This document shows positions 37,545 to 47,145 of a stretch of DNA of 64,000 nucleotides, in pieces. Below the pieces are notes generated by a model. The model searched no databases. It had not been told where the DNA came from and saw nothing but the letters and a program-made list of their open reading frames with translations. Source of the stretch: a bacterium. Lineage in GTDB: Bacteria > Zhuqueibacterota > Zhuqueibacteria > Residuimicrobiales > Krinioviventaceae. The DNA lies in contig CAXXFV010000017.1 of assembly GCA_963674595.2 (NCBI GenBank), positions 32,001 to 96,000 of the forward strand, given 5' to 3'. Position numbers and translations under genes: made by a program. How positions within the stretch are numbered: position 1 is the stretch's first letter; every line of letters starts with the position of its first letter.

Positions 37545-39728
37545 ATGTATAAAAATTCACAACTTCAATATTTAAGGTTCGCCCGTGCAAATTCACTGGC
37601 GTTTGCTTCGCTGGCAGATGCGGTATTAATCCTTTATGCTATACGCGCCGGTGCGGATGATTTTTTTGTCGGACTCATTGTTTCGTTCTTTTACCTCACC
37701 ATGCCGTTGATGTTGTTCGGGCGGCAGTCCATTGCCAAACAGGGTGCTGTAAAAACACTTTATAATAACTGGGTCCTGCGTAACCTTTCCGCTTTTTTTC
37801 TCATTTTGGTTCCCTGGATTCAAAGTTATTTCAGCATTCATGCCGGATTAATATGGTTTGTGCTGGCGGCCTTTGGTTTTTTCGCTTTCCGAAGCATCGG
37901 CATTACCTGTATTACACCGATTATTCGGGACATCTCATCTCCTGAAAATCGCGGTAACTTTATTTCCAAATCATCGCTGCAGGGCAGTGTTTTTTATCTG
38001 TTGGCAATGGTGGGTATTGTTTTTTTGACAAACCGGTTTCAATCCATTTCAGTGTTTCAGGTGATTGTGGTTTTCGGCAGTGTTTCGGGAATGGTTTCCG
38101 CTATTTTTATTCGAAAAATTGACGAATCCGATGAACCAGCGGTCTCTGCCGGTTTGCCGTTGTCCGATGTTATTAAATTTTTCAAACAAAATGTAACGGC
38201 TAAACGACTGCTGGTCGTCTGGTCTATGACAACGGCCGGTTTGGTGCTTGTTCTTCCGTTCAGTATGATCAGTTTGAAAAACGGGTATCAATTCTCCGAC
38301 CACGGCGCTTTGATCTTTTCTGTTATACAAATTTTTGGAGGTATTGTTGCCTCTTATGCCAACACATTGTTATTAGACCGTGTAGGGCCCCGCCCGGTTA
38401 TTATTATTGCCACCTTTGGTCTTTTACTTGTATGTTTAATGTGGATACTTGTACCGGTCCATGTTATTTTACCGATATTATTTATTATATTTTTCATTGC
38501 AGGCGCCTGCAACGCCGCTATTAACACCTCATTGTCGCACTATTTGCTCGGTTCCATGCCGGCGGAATATACAGTCGGCATTTCCATGTTTATGACTGTT
38601 ATTTCAGGCGCTATTGCCGGTATTTTTGGGACCATCCTTGGCGGTGGCGTTCTAAAATTGTTCAAGTCCCTGGGGCTTACGGGTCTCGATATTTATCGTA
38701 CCTATTTTATTCTTATTGCTGTTTTTGTTGCCGCCGCTATTTTTGCGGCGTCTCGACTTAAACCGCTGGCCGACCGTCGTGTTAAAGACGTGTTAGGTAT
38801 TATGCTTTCCTTAAGAGACTGGCGGGCATTATTTACATTACAAAAACTTTATGAAGCCCGGTCGGAACAAAAGGACAAACGTATTATCAGTAAATTGGGT
38901 GCAATCCGTTCCAATCTTTCTGAAAATTCGTTAATAGGATTTTTGGAATCCCCCAGTTTTATTACCCGCGCCCATGCCATGAGAGCGTTGGGAGAGCTTT
39001 CCTTTGGGGACAAAACAGAAAAAATACTCATAAAGGAACTGGAAGAAGGTGAACATCTTAACGCCTTTTGGGCTGCTGAAGTTTTAGGCGATCATAAAAG
39101 TAAAAATGCCATTCCGGCTTTGCGTAAGGCCCTTGACAGCCAAGACGTGTTCCTGCGCGGCAAAGCCATGATTTCCCTGACAAAGATGAATGATAAAACA
39201 AGTTTCGAAAAAATTGAACAGATATTTTTAAATACCGGTAATCCCCGGTTACTGGTGCACGGCGCAAAAGCTTTTGTGCACATGAGAAAACCCGAAAACC
39301 TGAAATGTATTCTGGATAAAGTTTTGAATACCACACTTGCCGCACCCATACGTGCGGAATTGCTTTACAGTGCTTCGGAACTGGCCGGCGCCGGATTTCA
39401 TTTTTATAAAATATATCCTTATTTAAAAAATGATCCCGATAAAGCCTGGTCTCAACTCGATGAACTTATCGCTCAGCTTGGTCCGGAAACAGAACCCATG
39501 ATTCAGGTTATAAAAACATTTAAAAATATCTATGTGGATTCGGAAAGTCATGTGTCTGCTGAGCTGTTGCATACACTGGAAGAAAAAATAAAATGTCCCT
39601 ATATACCGGTTATTATTTCTTTCCTTGCCGAAAAAGATAGTAACAAAAAATACAATATGGAACTTGGTGTGACATTGATTTTGATTATAATTTCATGCTT
39701 GAAAAAATTTTACAAATTACCTGGTTAA
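37545..39728 (+). CDS. MFS transporter fused to C-terminal HEAT repeats
   Basis: About 12 TMs, LLDRVGPRP motif-A-like loop; HEAT repeats (RAHAMRALG, AAEVLG...AIPAL). Confidence 0.8.
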   Translation: MYKNSQLQYLRFARANSLAFASLADAVLILYAIRAGADDFFVGLIVSFFYLTMPLMLFGRQSIAKQGAVKTLYNNWVLRNLSAFFLILVPWIQSYFSIHAGLIWFVLAAFGFFAFRSIGITCITPIIRDISSPENRGNFISKSSLQGSVFYLLAMVGIVFLTNRFQSISVFQVIVVFGSVSGMVSAIFIRKIDESDEPAVSAGLPLSDVIKFFKQNVTAKRLLVVWSMTTAGLVLVLPFSMISLKNGYQFSDHGALIFSVIQIFGGIVASYANTLLLDRVGPRPVIIIATFGLLLVCLMWILVPVHVILPILFIIFFIAGACNAAINTSLSHYLLGSMPAEYTVGISMFMTVISGAIAGIFGTILGGGVLKLFKSLGLTGLDIYRTYFILIAVFVAAAIFAASRLKPLADRRVKDVLGIMLSLRDWRALFTLQKLYEARSEQKDKRIISKLGAIRSNLSENSLIGFLESPSFITRAHAMRALGELSFGDKTEKILIKELEEGEHLNAFWAAEVLGDHKSKNAIPALRKALDSQDVFLRGKAMISLTKMNDKTSFEKIEQIFLNTGNPRLLVHGAKAFVHMRKPENLKCILDKVLNTTLAAPIRAELLYSASELAGAGFHFYKIYPYLKNDPDKAWSQLDELIAQLGPETEPMIQVIKTFKNIYVDSESHVSAELLHTLEEKIKCPYIPVIISFLAEKDSNKKYNMELGVTLILIIISCLKKFYKLPG

Positions 39729-39805
39729 AAATAACTTGAAAAGTTTTACTATCCTTATTATTATTACACATGAGATGAAACCCAAAACCCCCAAAGAGGA
39801 ACTTT

Positions 39806-41278
39806 ATGTCTGAAAAAAAATATTTAGCTTTTGATTTTGGTGCAGAAAGTGGTCGTGCTATTCTTGGAATATTAAAAGATGACAAACTTGAATTACAGGA
39901 GATTCACCGTTTTGCAAACCGTCAGGTAAAAATGCACGGTCATATTTATTGGGATATTCTGGCCCTTTTTGATGAGATAAAAAAGGGAATGTCAATTGCC
40001 GCCGGTAAAGGTCATACCGTGCTGGATGGAATTGGTGTTGATACATGGGGCGTCGACTTTGGTCTTATCGCCCGCAATGATGTAATGCTGGGAAATCCTT
40101 ATGCCTATCGTGACTGCCGTACCGACGGCATGATGGAAAAAGCATTCCAGGTGATGCCGGAATCAGAGATTTATAAATACTCTGGTATTCAGTTTATGCA
40201 GTTGAATACAATTTTTCAACTTTACAGTATGGTTGATACCAACAATCCGCTGCTGGACAACTGTGAAACGCTGTTGTTCATCCCGGACCTTTTTAATTTT
40301 ATGATGACGGGTAAAAAAGTAACGGAATATTCGATTGCATCTACGTCACAATTAATAGATGCAAAAACAAAGGAATGGTCCCGGGAAATTTTTGCACAAT
40401 TATCTCTGCCTGTTGATATAATGGCCCCCATTGTCAAGCCGGGCACTGTCGTCGGACCATTACTGCAGGAAATATGTGAGGATACCGGACTGGAACCGGC
40501 TGATGTTATTGCGCCTGCCTGTCATGATACGGCCAGCGCTGTTGCATCTGTTCCGGCAAGCGGAAAAAATTGGGCCTTTCTCAGTTCCGGAACATGGTCC
40601 TTGATGGGAATAGAAAGTCCGGAACCGATTATTAATGATGTTTCTTTAAAAAATAATTTCACCAACGAAGGCGGCGTGAACGGCATGATCCGTTTTCTGA
40701 AAAATATTATGGGCCTTTGGCTGCTGCAAAGCTGTCGCCGGGTTTGGATAAAAGAAGGTCATACGATTGATTATGGTGAATTAATGGAACTGGCAAAACA
40801 GGCCCCGGCATTTCGTTCACTTGTTGATCCGGATGATATCAGCTTTTTAAATCCACCGGATATGACCCAGGCAATTGCCGACTTTTGTAAAAAAACAGAC
40901 CAGCCGGTACCGGAAAGTCACGGCCAGTATGCACGATGTGTTTTGGAGAGCCTGGCCTTTAAATACAGATATACTGTTGAAAATATGAATGAAATGATAG
41001 ACGAACCCATCGAACAGGTCAATATTGTCGGCGGCGGCACCAAGAATGAGCTGTTAAATCAGTTTGTTGCCAATGCCACCGGACTTCCTGTTATTGCCGG
41101 CCCGGTTGAAGCCACAGCCATTGGTAACATTTTGGTACAGGCCATTGCCAAAAAACACATTGCCTCTCTTGAGGCCGGTCGGGAAATTGTTAAAAATTCC
41201 TTTCCATTGCTTAGTTATTCTCCGCAGCAACAGGATGTATGGAATGAAAAATACCAGTTTTTCCTTAAATTGATGTAA
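39806..41278 (+). CDS. rhaB: Rhamnulokinase (FGGY family)
   Basis: YLAFDFGAESGR, GVDTWGVDF, YRD, HDTASA, SSGTWSLMG, TNEGG, GPVEATAIGN. Confidence 0.88.
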   Translation: MSEKKYLAFDFGAESGRAILGILKDDKLELQEIHRFANRQVKMHGHIYWDILALFDEIKKGMSIAAGKGHTVLDGIGVDTWGVDFGLIARNDVMLGNPYAYRDCRTDGMMEKAFQVMPESEIYKYSGIQFMQLNTIFQLYSMVDTNNPLLDNCETLLFIPDLFNFMMTGKKVTEYSIASTSQLIDAKTKEWSREIFAQLSLPVDIMAPIVKPGTVVGPLLQEICEDTGLEPADVIAPACHDTASAVASVPASGKNWAFLSSGTWSLMGIESPEPIINDVSLKNNFTNEGGVNGMIRFLKNIMGLWLLQSCRRVWIKEGHTIDYGELMELAKQAPAFRSLVDPDDISFLNPPDMTQAIADFCKKTDQPVPESHGQYARCVLESLAFKYRYTVENMNEMIDEPIEQVNIVGGGTKNELLNQFVANATGLPVIAGPVEATAIGNILVQAIAKKHIASLEAGREIVKNSFPLLSYSPQQQDVWNEKYQFFLKLM

Positions 41279-41578
41279 AATTTACATTTTCAGATGAATA
41301 TCTGAAAATGTCTCATTACGAATCAATTAAAGGTATATGGTTCATTTATACACACAATTGTAAAATATTTAAGGACGAGAAAAATATAAGTTTGATATTG
41401 ATTTTTCTCGTTTTTTTAATTATAATAAATACAGTATCATAAAGTTAAAAAAAAGATTATCAATCTTTTTCAGGCTGTTTTTTTAAATTAAAAAATGGCA
41501 CAAATGATGCTAAGAGAAAATAAAGTATTGTGGTGTGTATAGATAAATTCATTGTTACCCGTGAGGAGGGGTATTAAA

Positions 41579-43468
41579 ATGACAAAAGTTAAGGTTTTTT
41601 TCATCATTTGTTTTTTGCTAGGCATCTTTTGTCTGCTTGGGGTTCCGGCCGGTGAAGCGGCAGTAATGGATATTGCGCGGCCTATGGACCCTGTCATTGT
41701 CTCCGGACAATCATTAATTAATTTTATTGATGTTCCGGTTGCCAATATTTTTGTATATGCATACTCTAACGGAGCGTGGAGGCAAATTCCTTTTCAGATA
41801 GATGAAAAGGATGGCACCGATTACTTTGGTGCAAAAGATAATTTGCTGGATTTAACGGATGAAGTCTGTTTTTTAGCCGCCGATCTTGGCGACAGTGTTG
41901 CCAATTCCACATGGATATCGGACGCAAGCTCTAAAAATTATTTGCGATATCAGGTATGTGTTTACGATACAACACAAACACCTGCCAAAAAAGGATGGGC
42001 CTACATCTATCGTTCAAATACTCTTGCCCCTGCTTTTACCCCCTATATGACTTATGAAGCGCCTGTAAATAATGTTGATGATAAAATTCACGGCAGTTCC
42101 TATCTCTTTGGCCATGATGACAATTCTATTCCAGATTTATTAAACATAAAGCCGGATGTAAACGATTTGCTGGACCGCTGGAAATTACGTGTCGATGGAA
42201 CGTTGGTATTTTGGCCCTATAGTATAAACGAAAATCACCTGACAAATCCGGATTTGAGTGTAGCTGCCGGTCGTAATGTAAGAGTAATTCGTAAATCTAT
42301 TTTTGACTTTACCTTTGTTGAAGGTGCACAAACAATCAAGCTGGATTTTCTAACCTATTATTATCCTCAATTCCTTGAAATCAACATTTCAACACAATCC
42401 CAGTTTTCTTTACAATGGGGCATAGATCTGCTTCGGTTTTCTATGGACTTTTCTTCAGTATTAAAAGGAAATTCCTATAAATTTTATAACGCCTATAACA
42501 ACAATATTCCTGTGGACGGTGCACCTGATGTTGTCAACCAGCAAATAGATGTGGATGATGCAAACTGGTTTATGCAGTATGGCAATCTCGGACTTGTATT
42601 TGGTATATTTAACGTTCCTGAATTAGATAACGCCAACTATTCATTTTACTATAAAGATGACGAAACGCCTGATGCAAATGACACAGGCGACCAATTATCC
42701 TACGGTGACAGCGGGCTTGAAATTACTTCAATAAATATTAATGATGCGATTCACAGCAGTTCACCGCTCGATTTTACAGTTCGTTTATATTATCTGGGAA
42801 CAGAACATACAACAAATGTAAGTGATACCCTGAAAACCCAGTTCAAAAACCCGTTAAAAGTAGTGGTTGGAAATGGTCAGATTGTTCCGGTTGAATTATC
42901 TTCCTTCAAGGCCCTGTTTGATGGTAAACAGGTTACCTTAAACTGGGTTACAAAAACAGAGTCCAATAACTATGGTTTCGAAATTCATCGCAAAAGCAGT
43001 CAAAATGAAAATTGGGAAACCATCGGATTTGTTCAGGGGAACGGCACAACAACATCCGCCAACGAATATGAGTTTATAGATAAAGATATTAAAAAAGGTA
43101 CTTTGGAATATCGGTTAAAACAGCTCGATACGGACGGACAATTTGCATTTTCTGAAAGCAGAACAGTTGCCGTTACGGTCCCTGTGGGTTTTGCTTTAGA
43201 ACAAAATTACCCGAATCCTTTTAATCCTGTTACGGAAATCGGTTTCACAATCCCTGAACAAAATCAGGGAACCACGGAATTGAATATATATAATGTGATT
43301 GGGCAGCATGTCCGCACGTTAATTTACGCCGGTTTGGAAGCCGGGTATCACAAGATAACCTGGGACGGCAAAAACAATAACGGTCAGCAGGTTATGAGCG
43401 GGACTTATATTTATCAACTCAAGGTTGGCAACAATGTATTAAGCCGAAAGATGATTAAATTAGAATAA
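41579..43468 (+). CDS. Secreted protein with FlgD-Ig/T9SS-like C-terminal domain
   Basis: Signal peptide; VPVELSSF, YRLKQLDTDG, QNYPNPFNP. Confidence 0.85.
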   Translation: MTKVKVFFIICFLLGIFCLLGVPAGEAAVMDIARPMDPVIVSGQSLINFIDVPVANIFVYAYSNGAWRQIPFQIDEKDGTDYFGAKDNLLDLTDEVCFLAADLGDSVANSTWISDASSKNYLRYQVCVYDTTQTPAKKGWAYIYRSNTLAPAFTPYMTYEAPVNNVDDKIHGSSYLFGHDDNSIPDLLNIKPDVNDLLDRWKLRVDGTLVFWPYSINENHLTNPDLSVAAGRNVRVIRKSIFDFTFVEGAQTIKLDFLTYYYPQFLEINISTQSQFSLQWGIDLLRFSMDFSSVLKGNSYKFYNAYNNNIPVDGAPDVVNQQIDVDDANWFMQYGNLGLVFGIFNVPELDNANYSFYYKDDETPDANDTGDQLSYGDSGLEITSININDAIHSSSPLDFTVRLYYLGTEHTTNVSDTLKTQFKNPLKVVVGNGQIVPVELSSFKALFDGKQVTLNWVTKTESNNYGFEIHRKSSQNENWETIGFVQGNGTTTSANEYEFIDKDIKKGTLEYRLKQLDTDGQFAFSESRTVAVTVPVGFALEQNYPNPFNPVTEIGFTIPEQNQGTTELNIYNVIGQHVRTLIYAGLEAGYHKITWDGKNNNGQQVMSGTYIYQLKVGNNVLSRKMIKLE

Positions 43469-43471
43469 CAG

Positions 43472-43503
43472 AAAAAGGCCCTGATTTTCAGGGCCTTTTT
43501 TTT
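43472..43503. terminator. Bidirectional terminator
   Basis: AAAAAGGCCCTGA-ttt-TCAGGGCCTTTTT. Confidence 0.9.
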
Positions 43504-43532
43504 ATTCGTATATTATATAAATCGACTTTTTT

Positions 43533-44648
43533 CTAGTTTACCCCGGTCATCTCTTTTAATTTCCAATACAAATTATGCAAAAGGGTGCGGTTATCGGCAG
43601 AGATATAACGAATCTCTCCGCCCATTCTGTTGAATGATTTGAGAAATCTCAAATAGTAATCCGGAGATGTTTTCGGCGGTTCACCTTTGGTCCAGTCCCA
43701 TACCGATTCCTGGAGATCATCCACAAGTATATAGTGGTTTTTTACAATTTGGTCACTTTGTAAAAGAATGTTATTTGCGTATGACAATGCTTTTTCAAAA
43801 ACCTGGGGCGCCATGATAGCGGACCCAACCGACATAAAAACGCCGTTTGTCAAATTACTAACGGCTTTGACAAATATTTTAAAATCCGTATGGCTGCCCC
43901 GACCCAAAGCCGCGCCGTTTGCGTATGGATTATTATAAATAATATCATATCCAATGCCCGGATGTATTGTTGCAGCTACTTTATATTGGAATGCATTTCG
44001 TAAAATTGAAAATTCTTTATATTTATGTGTTATCGCAAGAGGACCGGGAGGGATGTTGAACTTTTTTATGGTTTCCAATAATTCAACATGCGCCGTAATA
44101 TCAGGCTTTTCCTGTTCAAGACCATTTAAAATGGTGGTTTTCAATTCGTCAACCGTCGGCACGTTCATGCCGTCATTATGGATAAACGCTCCCAAAGATT
44201 CTCCATAACCCATGCCCTTTGTGGCGCCGATTTGAACGGCCAGGTTGATATACTTTCCGGTCTCTTCCCAGGTTCCAAACGTACCGGTTGCTACATTGGC
44301 ACGAACGTCTTCTTCTGACCTGCCCAGGTACGAAAATTCCCAGTCGTGAATTGTGCCGGCGCCCTGGGTGGCAACATGTGTCAGCCATCCCTTTTCCATG
44401 AGTTTAATCATAAGCGGGGCCGCACCGTTTTTTACCAGGTGAGCACCATAGGCCAGCATAATGGATGCACCGGACTCTTTGGCTTTTAAAATACGTTTTG
44501 CCGTTTCAGTAATGATCGGTTCGCAGGCAGGTACCGGCTGGGGTTTACTCTCCGGGTCAATCACTATGTCATGTATTTTACTTTTGCTTTTACGCTGAGT
44601 TAGCGGGTATACTTTTAACTGATCCGTATTAATTTGCGGATATGGCAT
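43533..44648 (-). CDS. Conserved hypothetical protein, deoxyhypusine-synthase-like fold
   Basis: GAHLVKNG, HVATQGAGTIHDWE, IHPGIGYDI, SVGSAIMAPQVFEKA; AAGGAG RBS before ATG 44648. Confidence 0.6.
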   Translation of the reverse strand: MPYPQINTDQLKVYPLTQRKSKSKIHDIVIDPESKPQPVPACEPIITETAKRILKAKESGASIMLAYGAHLVKNGAAPLMIKLMEKGWLTHVATQGAGTIHDWEFSYLGRSEEDVRANVATGTFGTWEETGKYINLAVQIGATKGMGYGESLGAFIHNDGMNVPTVDELKTTILNGLEQEKPDITAHVELLETIKKFNIPPGPLAITHKYKEFSILRNAFQYKVAATIHPGIGYDIIYNNPYANGAALGRGSHTDFKIFVKAVSNLTNGVFMSVGSAIMAPQVFEKALSYANNILLQSDQIVKNHYILVDDLQESVWDWTKGEPPKTSPDYYLRFLKSFNRMGGEIRYISADNRTLLHNLYWKLKEMTGVN

Positions 44649-44822
44649 TTTTCTCTCCTTTGGTCTGGCTTTTGTGACTCCCTCATCACAAATCAATAAT
44701 TATGAATTTAGAAAAAATACCCGTAAATTCAAAGAGTTCCTTTGACAATTTACTTTTTTCAGTATAGCATTAAACAAAATTGTTCATTATATTAAGTGTT
44801 TTTAATAAAAAGGAGATTATAA

Positions 44823-45125
44823 ATGGTAAAACATATCGTTATGTGGAAATTAAAAGATAACGCCGAAGGTGCTGATAAAGAACAAAATGCAAAGATCATG
44901 AAAAAAAATCTGGAAGCTTTAAAAGATAAAATTAGTGTCATTCAACATATTGAAGTCGGCTTTGATTTTGTAAATGGTGATGCTTCACAGGACGTGATGT
45001 TGTATTCTGAATTTGCAACAAAAGAGGACCTTGACATATATCGGGTCCATCCGGAACATGTTAAAGAAGCTGATTTTGTTAAAAAAGTGACCAGTAACCG
45101 TTATACGGTCGATTACGAAATTTAA
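44823..45125 (+). CDS. Dabb (stress-responsive A/B barrel) protein
   Basis: MVKHIVMWKLK...Y..HPEH...VDY. Confidence 0.9.
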   Translation: MVKHIVMWKLKDNAEGADKEQNAKIMKKNLEALKDKISVIQHIEVGFDFVNGDASQDVMLYSEFATKEDLDIYRVHPEHVKEADFVKKVTSNRYTVDYEI

Positions 45126-45139
45126 TATGGGAGGATGAT

Positions 45140-45928
45140 ATGCATCGTTTGTTTCAGGTTGATTCGTTTACTTTAAACGCCTTTAAGGGAAATCCGGCAG
45201 GTGTTTGTTTATTAACTCACCCGGTTGAAGCAGAATGGATGCAGAATGTTGCAGCGGAAATGAATGTTGCTGAAACAGCATTTATTTTAAAAACACAAGA
45301 TCATTTTGATCTGCGCTGGTTTGCGCCAAAATCAGAGGTTGAACTGTGCGGGCATGCCACCCTTGCAAGCGCACATATACTCTGGCAGGAGGGAATATGC
45401 CATCCTGCGGAACAAATTCAGTTTAAAACCCTCAGCGGAACCCTGGTTGCAAACAAGGTTGAAAATAGGATTGAACTTGATTTTCCAACAACACCGGTAA
45501 AAGAGATTTCAGATAAATCAACCTTGGAACATGTTGTGGCGCAAAACATACTTTACGCCGGAAAAAATCGGTTCGATTTTTTAGTGCAGCTTGATGGAGA
45601 AGAAAAAATCCGAAACTTTAATCCGGATTTTGAAAAGATAAAATCCTTAGGGGGTAGAGGTTTGATCATAACCAGTCGTGCCGATTCCGGTCATTATGAT
45701 TTTGTATCCCGGTTTTTTGCACCAACTATTGGTATTGATGAAGATCCGGTGACCGGCTCAGCCCATTGTACTCTTGGCCCATTCTGGCAGGACCGTTTGC
45801 AAAAAAGTGAATTTTTAGGTTATCAGGCTTCCGGGCGCGGCGGTGAGGTGACTGTTAAAGTTGAAAATGACCGCGCCATATTAGGCGGCCAGGCTGTAAC
45901 TGTCTTTCGTGGCGATATCATTGTATAA
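45140..45928 (+). CDS. PhzF-family isomerase
   Basis: VDSF...F.GNPAGV, EVELCGHATLA, EDPVTGSAH. Confidence 0.95.
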   Translation: MHRLFQVDSFTLNAFKGNPAGVCLLTHPVEAEWMQNVAAEMNVAETAFILKTQDHFDLRWFAPKSEVELCGHATLASAHILWQEGICHPAEQIQFKTLSGTLVANKVENRIELDFPTTPVKEISDKSTLEHVVAQNILYAGKNRFDFLVQLDGEEKIRNFNPDFEKIKSLGGRGLIITSRADSGHYDFVSRFFAPTIGIDEDPVTGSAHCTLGPFWQDRLQKSEFLGYQASGRGGEVTVKVENDRAILGGQAVTVFRGDIIV

Positions 45929-45999
45929 TGGTTTTTAAAATATAGACAATATTAATAAAAATGTAACTAGAATTTATAGATAATGGAGAACCTGACTAG

Positions 46000-46932
46000 A
46001 TGTCAAAAATGGAAATTGAAAAAATAAGCGGTCTTGTTGCCGCTCCTTTTACACCAATGAATAAAGATTATTCATTGAATTTGGACTTGATCCCTGTGCA
46101 AAGCAAATTTTTGCAACAAAACGATATAAACGGTGTTTTTATTTGCGGCACAACCGGTGAAAGTCTCTCGCTGACTGTTAAAGAACGACTTGATATTGCA
46201 GAAACTTGGAAAAAATGTATCGGTGATTTAAAATTGATTATTCATGTTGGTCATAACTGTCAGGCAGATGCCGAAATGCTTGCAAAACATGCATCCGAAA
46301 TTTCGGCCGATGCAATAGGCGCCATGCCGCCTGTTTTTTTCAGACCATCGACTGTTTCTCAATTGGTCGACTGGTGCGCCAGGGTCGCAGAACAGGCCCC
46401 TGAATTGCCGTTTTATTATTATCATATACCGTCCATGTCCGGAGTTAACCTTGGTATGCGTGAATTCCTGGAATGTGCCGGTGATAAAATTCCAAACCTG
46501 GCCGGAGTGAAATTTACATACGAAAATTTATATGATTATGGCCGGTGTGTTTCCTATAAAAACAATTATTATGACATGTTGTTTGGAAGGGATGAAATCC
46601 TGTTAGCCGGGCTGGCAACAGGTGCCAACGGTGCTGTCGGTAGTTTATATAATTTTGCAGCGCCTGTTTTCAATAATATTATCAAAGCTTTTCAGGAAAA
46701 AGATATAAAGACGGCACAAATGCTTCAGGAAAAAGTGAGGGACTTTCTTGCTGTTTATTTAAAATGCGGCGGTTCTGTCGCAACCGGCAAAGCAGTAATG
46801 AAGATGATCGGGATTGATTGCGGTCCCACACGTGCCCCCATTTCAAATTTATCTGATGAAGCTTATGAAATGTATTTAAAAGAAATAAAAAATATCGGTT
46901 TTGATCAATATCTTTCGAAATTTGAGAGTTAA
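46000..46932 (+). CDS. DHDPS-family aldolase, N-acetylneuraminate-lyase-like
   Basis: CGTTGE, YYYHIP, GVKFT, GRDE, GAVGSLYN. Confidence 0.85.
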   Translation: MSKMEIEKISGLVAAPFTPMNKDYSLNLDLIPVQSKFLQQNDINGVFICGTTGESLSLTVKERLDIAETWKKCIGDLKLIIHVGHNCQADAEMLAKHASEISADAIGAMPPVFFRPSTVSQLVDWCARVAEQAPELPFYYYHIPSMSGVNLGMREFLECAGDKIPNLAGVKFTYENLYDYGRCVSYKNNYYDMLFGRDEILLAGLATGANGAVGSLYNFAAPVFNNIIKAFQEKDIKTAQMLQEKVRDFLAVYLKCGGSVATGKAVMKMIGIDCGPTRAPISNLSDEAYEMYLKEIKNIGFDQYLSKFES

Positions 46933-46938
46933 AACTAA

Positions 46939-46982
46939 TAAAACCGGGCAGCATCAAATAATTATCTGTTGCCCGGTTTTAA
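46939..46982 (+). terminator. Rho-independent terminator
   Basis: AAAACCGGGCA...TGCCCGGTTTT. Confidence 0.75.
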
Positions 46983-47145
46983 TTATAAAATTCTTATGTT
47001 CCCGCCGAGCTGAAAAGTGTTTACTGCCTTAATTTTTGTGTTTTTAAAAGATACTCTATTTTTATAATGAAATCCGAAAAAAAATGTTGTAATTTATCTG
47101 ATGGATAAGAGTCTCCTGATATCAAAACCTTTTGGAGCGATATAT

